Shown in pieces: positions 7,641-9,167 of a DNA stretch of 9,167 bases. The stretch covers positions 1-9,167 of the forward strand of contig NW_021828269.1 in the NCBI RefSeq assembly GCF_006345805.1. The letters run 5' to 3'. Made by a program: the position numbers and the translations under genes. The stretch is from Octopus sinensis. Lineage: Eukaryota. Positions within the stretch are counted from its first letter, which is position 1. Every line of letters starts with the position of its first letter. Below the pieces are notes generated by a model. The model was not told where the DNA came from and ran no database searches. It worked only from the letters and a program-made list of their open reading frames with translations.

Positions 7641-7853
7641 TTTTTGTGGGTGTCTTGTCTGGGTTTGTCTCTCACCACAGCTTGACAACCGTTGTTGGTG
7701 TGTTTAAACGCACGTAACTTAGTGGTTCGGCAAATAACACTGATACAGTAATTACCAGGACGAAAGAGAATAGTACTGACGTCGATTTGTGTTACTAAAA
7801 TTCTTCAAGCTGGTGCCCCAGGATGTTCGTAGTGTAATGACCGAAACAAGCAA
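7641..7853 (+). mobile_element. 3' half of the CORE-type SINE family (more diverged copy)
   Basis: GCTTGACAACCGTTGTTGGTGTGTTTA, ACTTAGTGGTTCGGCAAA, GGTGCCCCAGGATG and AATGACCGAAACAAG are collinear with 370-494 of the first SINE. Confidence 0.8.
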
Positions 7854-8003
7854 TGGTCAAATGCAGAAGAAACGCAGAGTGCTCTTGAACCCTCTTACAG
7901 CACCGGGCCCCTAAAGTACATGGAAAGGGCAGGATGTGTGGTACTATGCAATGGTATCAGTTACGAGGTTTGTGCGATGAATAAATATATATATATTGTA
8001 GTC

Positions 8004-8602
8004 TAAATTACGCAAAAATGAAAACAATAGTGACATCTCATTTTAACAGATATATTTATCAAAATTATATAAAAATATCTTGAAATACTAAAGAGTAAAT
8101 TTATTCAATAAAGTCTCCATTGGCTTCAACCACATCCTCGAAACGACTTTGGTATCTCCTACAACTATTCTAAACGGTCTCATTTTTAAGTTGGTGAATG
8201 CTGCCATAGACCTTACCTTCATTTCATCTTTGGTTTTACAAGGAATTTTGTTGGTCTCTCGCTCAACTGAGCCCAACATGTAATATTGAAGTGGGTTGCA
8301 GTCTGGAACGATAGGTGGCCAGATGTTAGGCGTGAAGTGGTTGCAGTAATTTTCTGATAGCCGTGACTGGGTTCTCCTGCTTGTGTGGCATGGTGCAGAG
8401 TCCTGTTGCTAGACACAAGGCTTTCTAGCAACCACCCTCTTGACCCAGGGTAGCATTACCTCCCCCAGGCACTTGAGGTAGGCCCCCTTATTGAGTCTGA
8501 GGTCGTGAGAGACGATGAATGGAGGCATAACGCTTCCATCACTAGTGATGAATCCAAACATTATGATGTTGACTGGATGTTTGATTTTTATCACACTTGG
8601 TC
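8004..8602 (-). mobile_element. Tc1/mariner DD37D (maT) transposase pseudogene, catalytic domain to 3' UTR
   Basis: The minus strand reads KHPVNIIMFGFITSDGSVMPP...YLKCLGEVMLPWVKRVVARKPCV*QQDSAPCHTSRRTQSRLSENYCNHFTPNIWPPIVPDCNPLQYYMLGSVERETN...AFTNL, then after a frameshift RRYQSRFEDVVEANGDFIE* (stop 8101-8103). Exactly 37 codons separate the QQD aspartate (8400-8402) from the PL(D>Q)Y position (8286-8288). A W>TAG stop at 8409-8411, loss of the third Asp and a frameshift inactivate it. Confidence 0.92.
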
Positions 8603-8826
8603 CATGACGTCAACGCTCTGAAATATATGTATTGCAGCTTCCGGTACGAAGGTCAAAAAGTACAGCATCTCGTTTCCAAATTCTTGGCACAGAGAATTGC
8701 AACATAGTGATGTTTTTCTCCTATTCGGGACACAACTGACCCTACTATACTGCATAGCTGACAACGTCAATAAGAATCAATGCATTTACGCGAAATGAAA
8801 ATATAAAATGGCGACAATTTTTCCAT

Positions 8827-9167
8827 ATGTGGAAAGGATGCGTTCCGATGGTCAGGCTATCCGTTTGTTGCCAACACTCGTTAAAAGGAGGGCTGGGCAT
8901 ACCGTGGCGGCTGATGCGCAGACACACGCTGAGACTGCGACATCTCCGGCTCTACGTAGAGGATGGTGACCAGGCGTGGTTGCCGTTTGTGGGGCGCGCT
9001 TTCCCTCAGCTCATCTCTTCGACCGAACTGCAGTCGTGGATCAAAAAGAGGCCGAAGAAGGGCGAATGGCACCGCGAGTGTCGCGTTGCTCTCGAGCAAC
9101 TATGCCGTCCCGGGTTGACCTTGAGCGACTTCAACACAACCAAAGCATTCTATAGGGGATTAGTGGA
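8827..9167 (+). mobile_element. L1/Tx1-clade LINE ORF2 fragment (post-RT region), open to the window end
   Basis: An uninterrupted frame reads MWKGCVPMVRLSVCCQHSLKGGLGIPWRLMRRHTLRLRHLRLYVEDGDQAWLPFVGRAFPQLISSTELQSWIKKRPKKGEWHRECRVALEQLCRPGLTLSDFNTTKAFYRGLV. It contains the FxW...GGLG motif that follows L1/Tx1 RT domains. 8829-8888 matches the reverse complement of 2281-2340 at 46/60 nt. Confidence 0.86.

Noticed and set aside
873-7707. Numerous 60-160 aa ORFs rich in YI, HT, CV, LS, poly-I or poly-N
   Set aside because: They are translations of stop-free di- and trinucleotide microsatellites, with no domain motifs or splice support.

Overview
AT-rich eukaryotic non-coding DNA, most likely from an octopus or related cephalopod. 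That taxon call is inferred from the recalled SINE families and the microsatellite density, not from a database search. I see no supportable host protein-coding gene; almost all ORFs in the track are translations of (TA)n/(CA)n/(GA)n/(AAT)n microsatellites. The rest of the window is decayed transposon sequence. It holds three pieces of one tRNA/CORE-type SINE family, a second tRNA-SINE family, two inverted fragments of a DD37D (maT) Tc1/mariner element and two inverted fragments of an L1/Tx1-type LINE ORF2. It also holds an R4/Dong-type LINE 3' end and a second (AAT)-tailed retroposon chained in (AAT)n arrays, plus two Penelope-like element ends. The most interesting signals are two minimal type I hammerhead-ribozyme folds in those Penelope-like ends: one near-canonical at 4500-4545 and one with a core mutation at about 5216-5252. 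Neither is visible in the ORF track.
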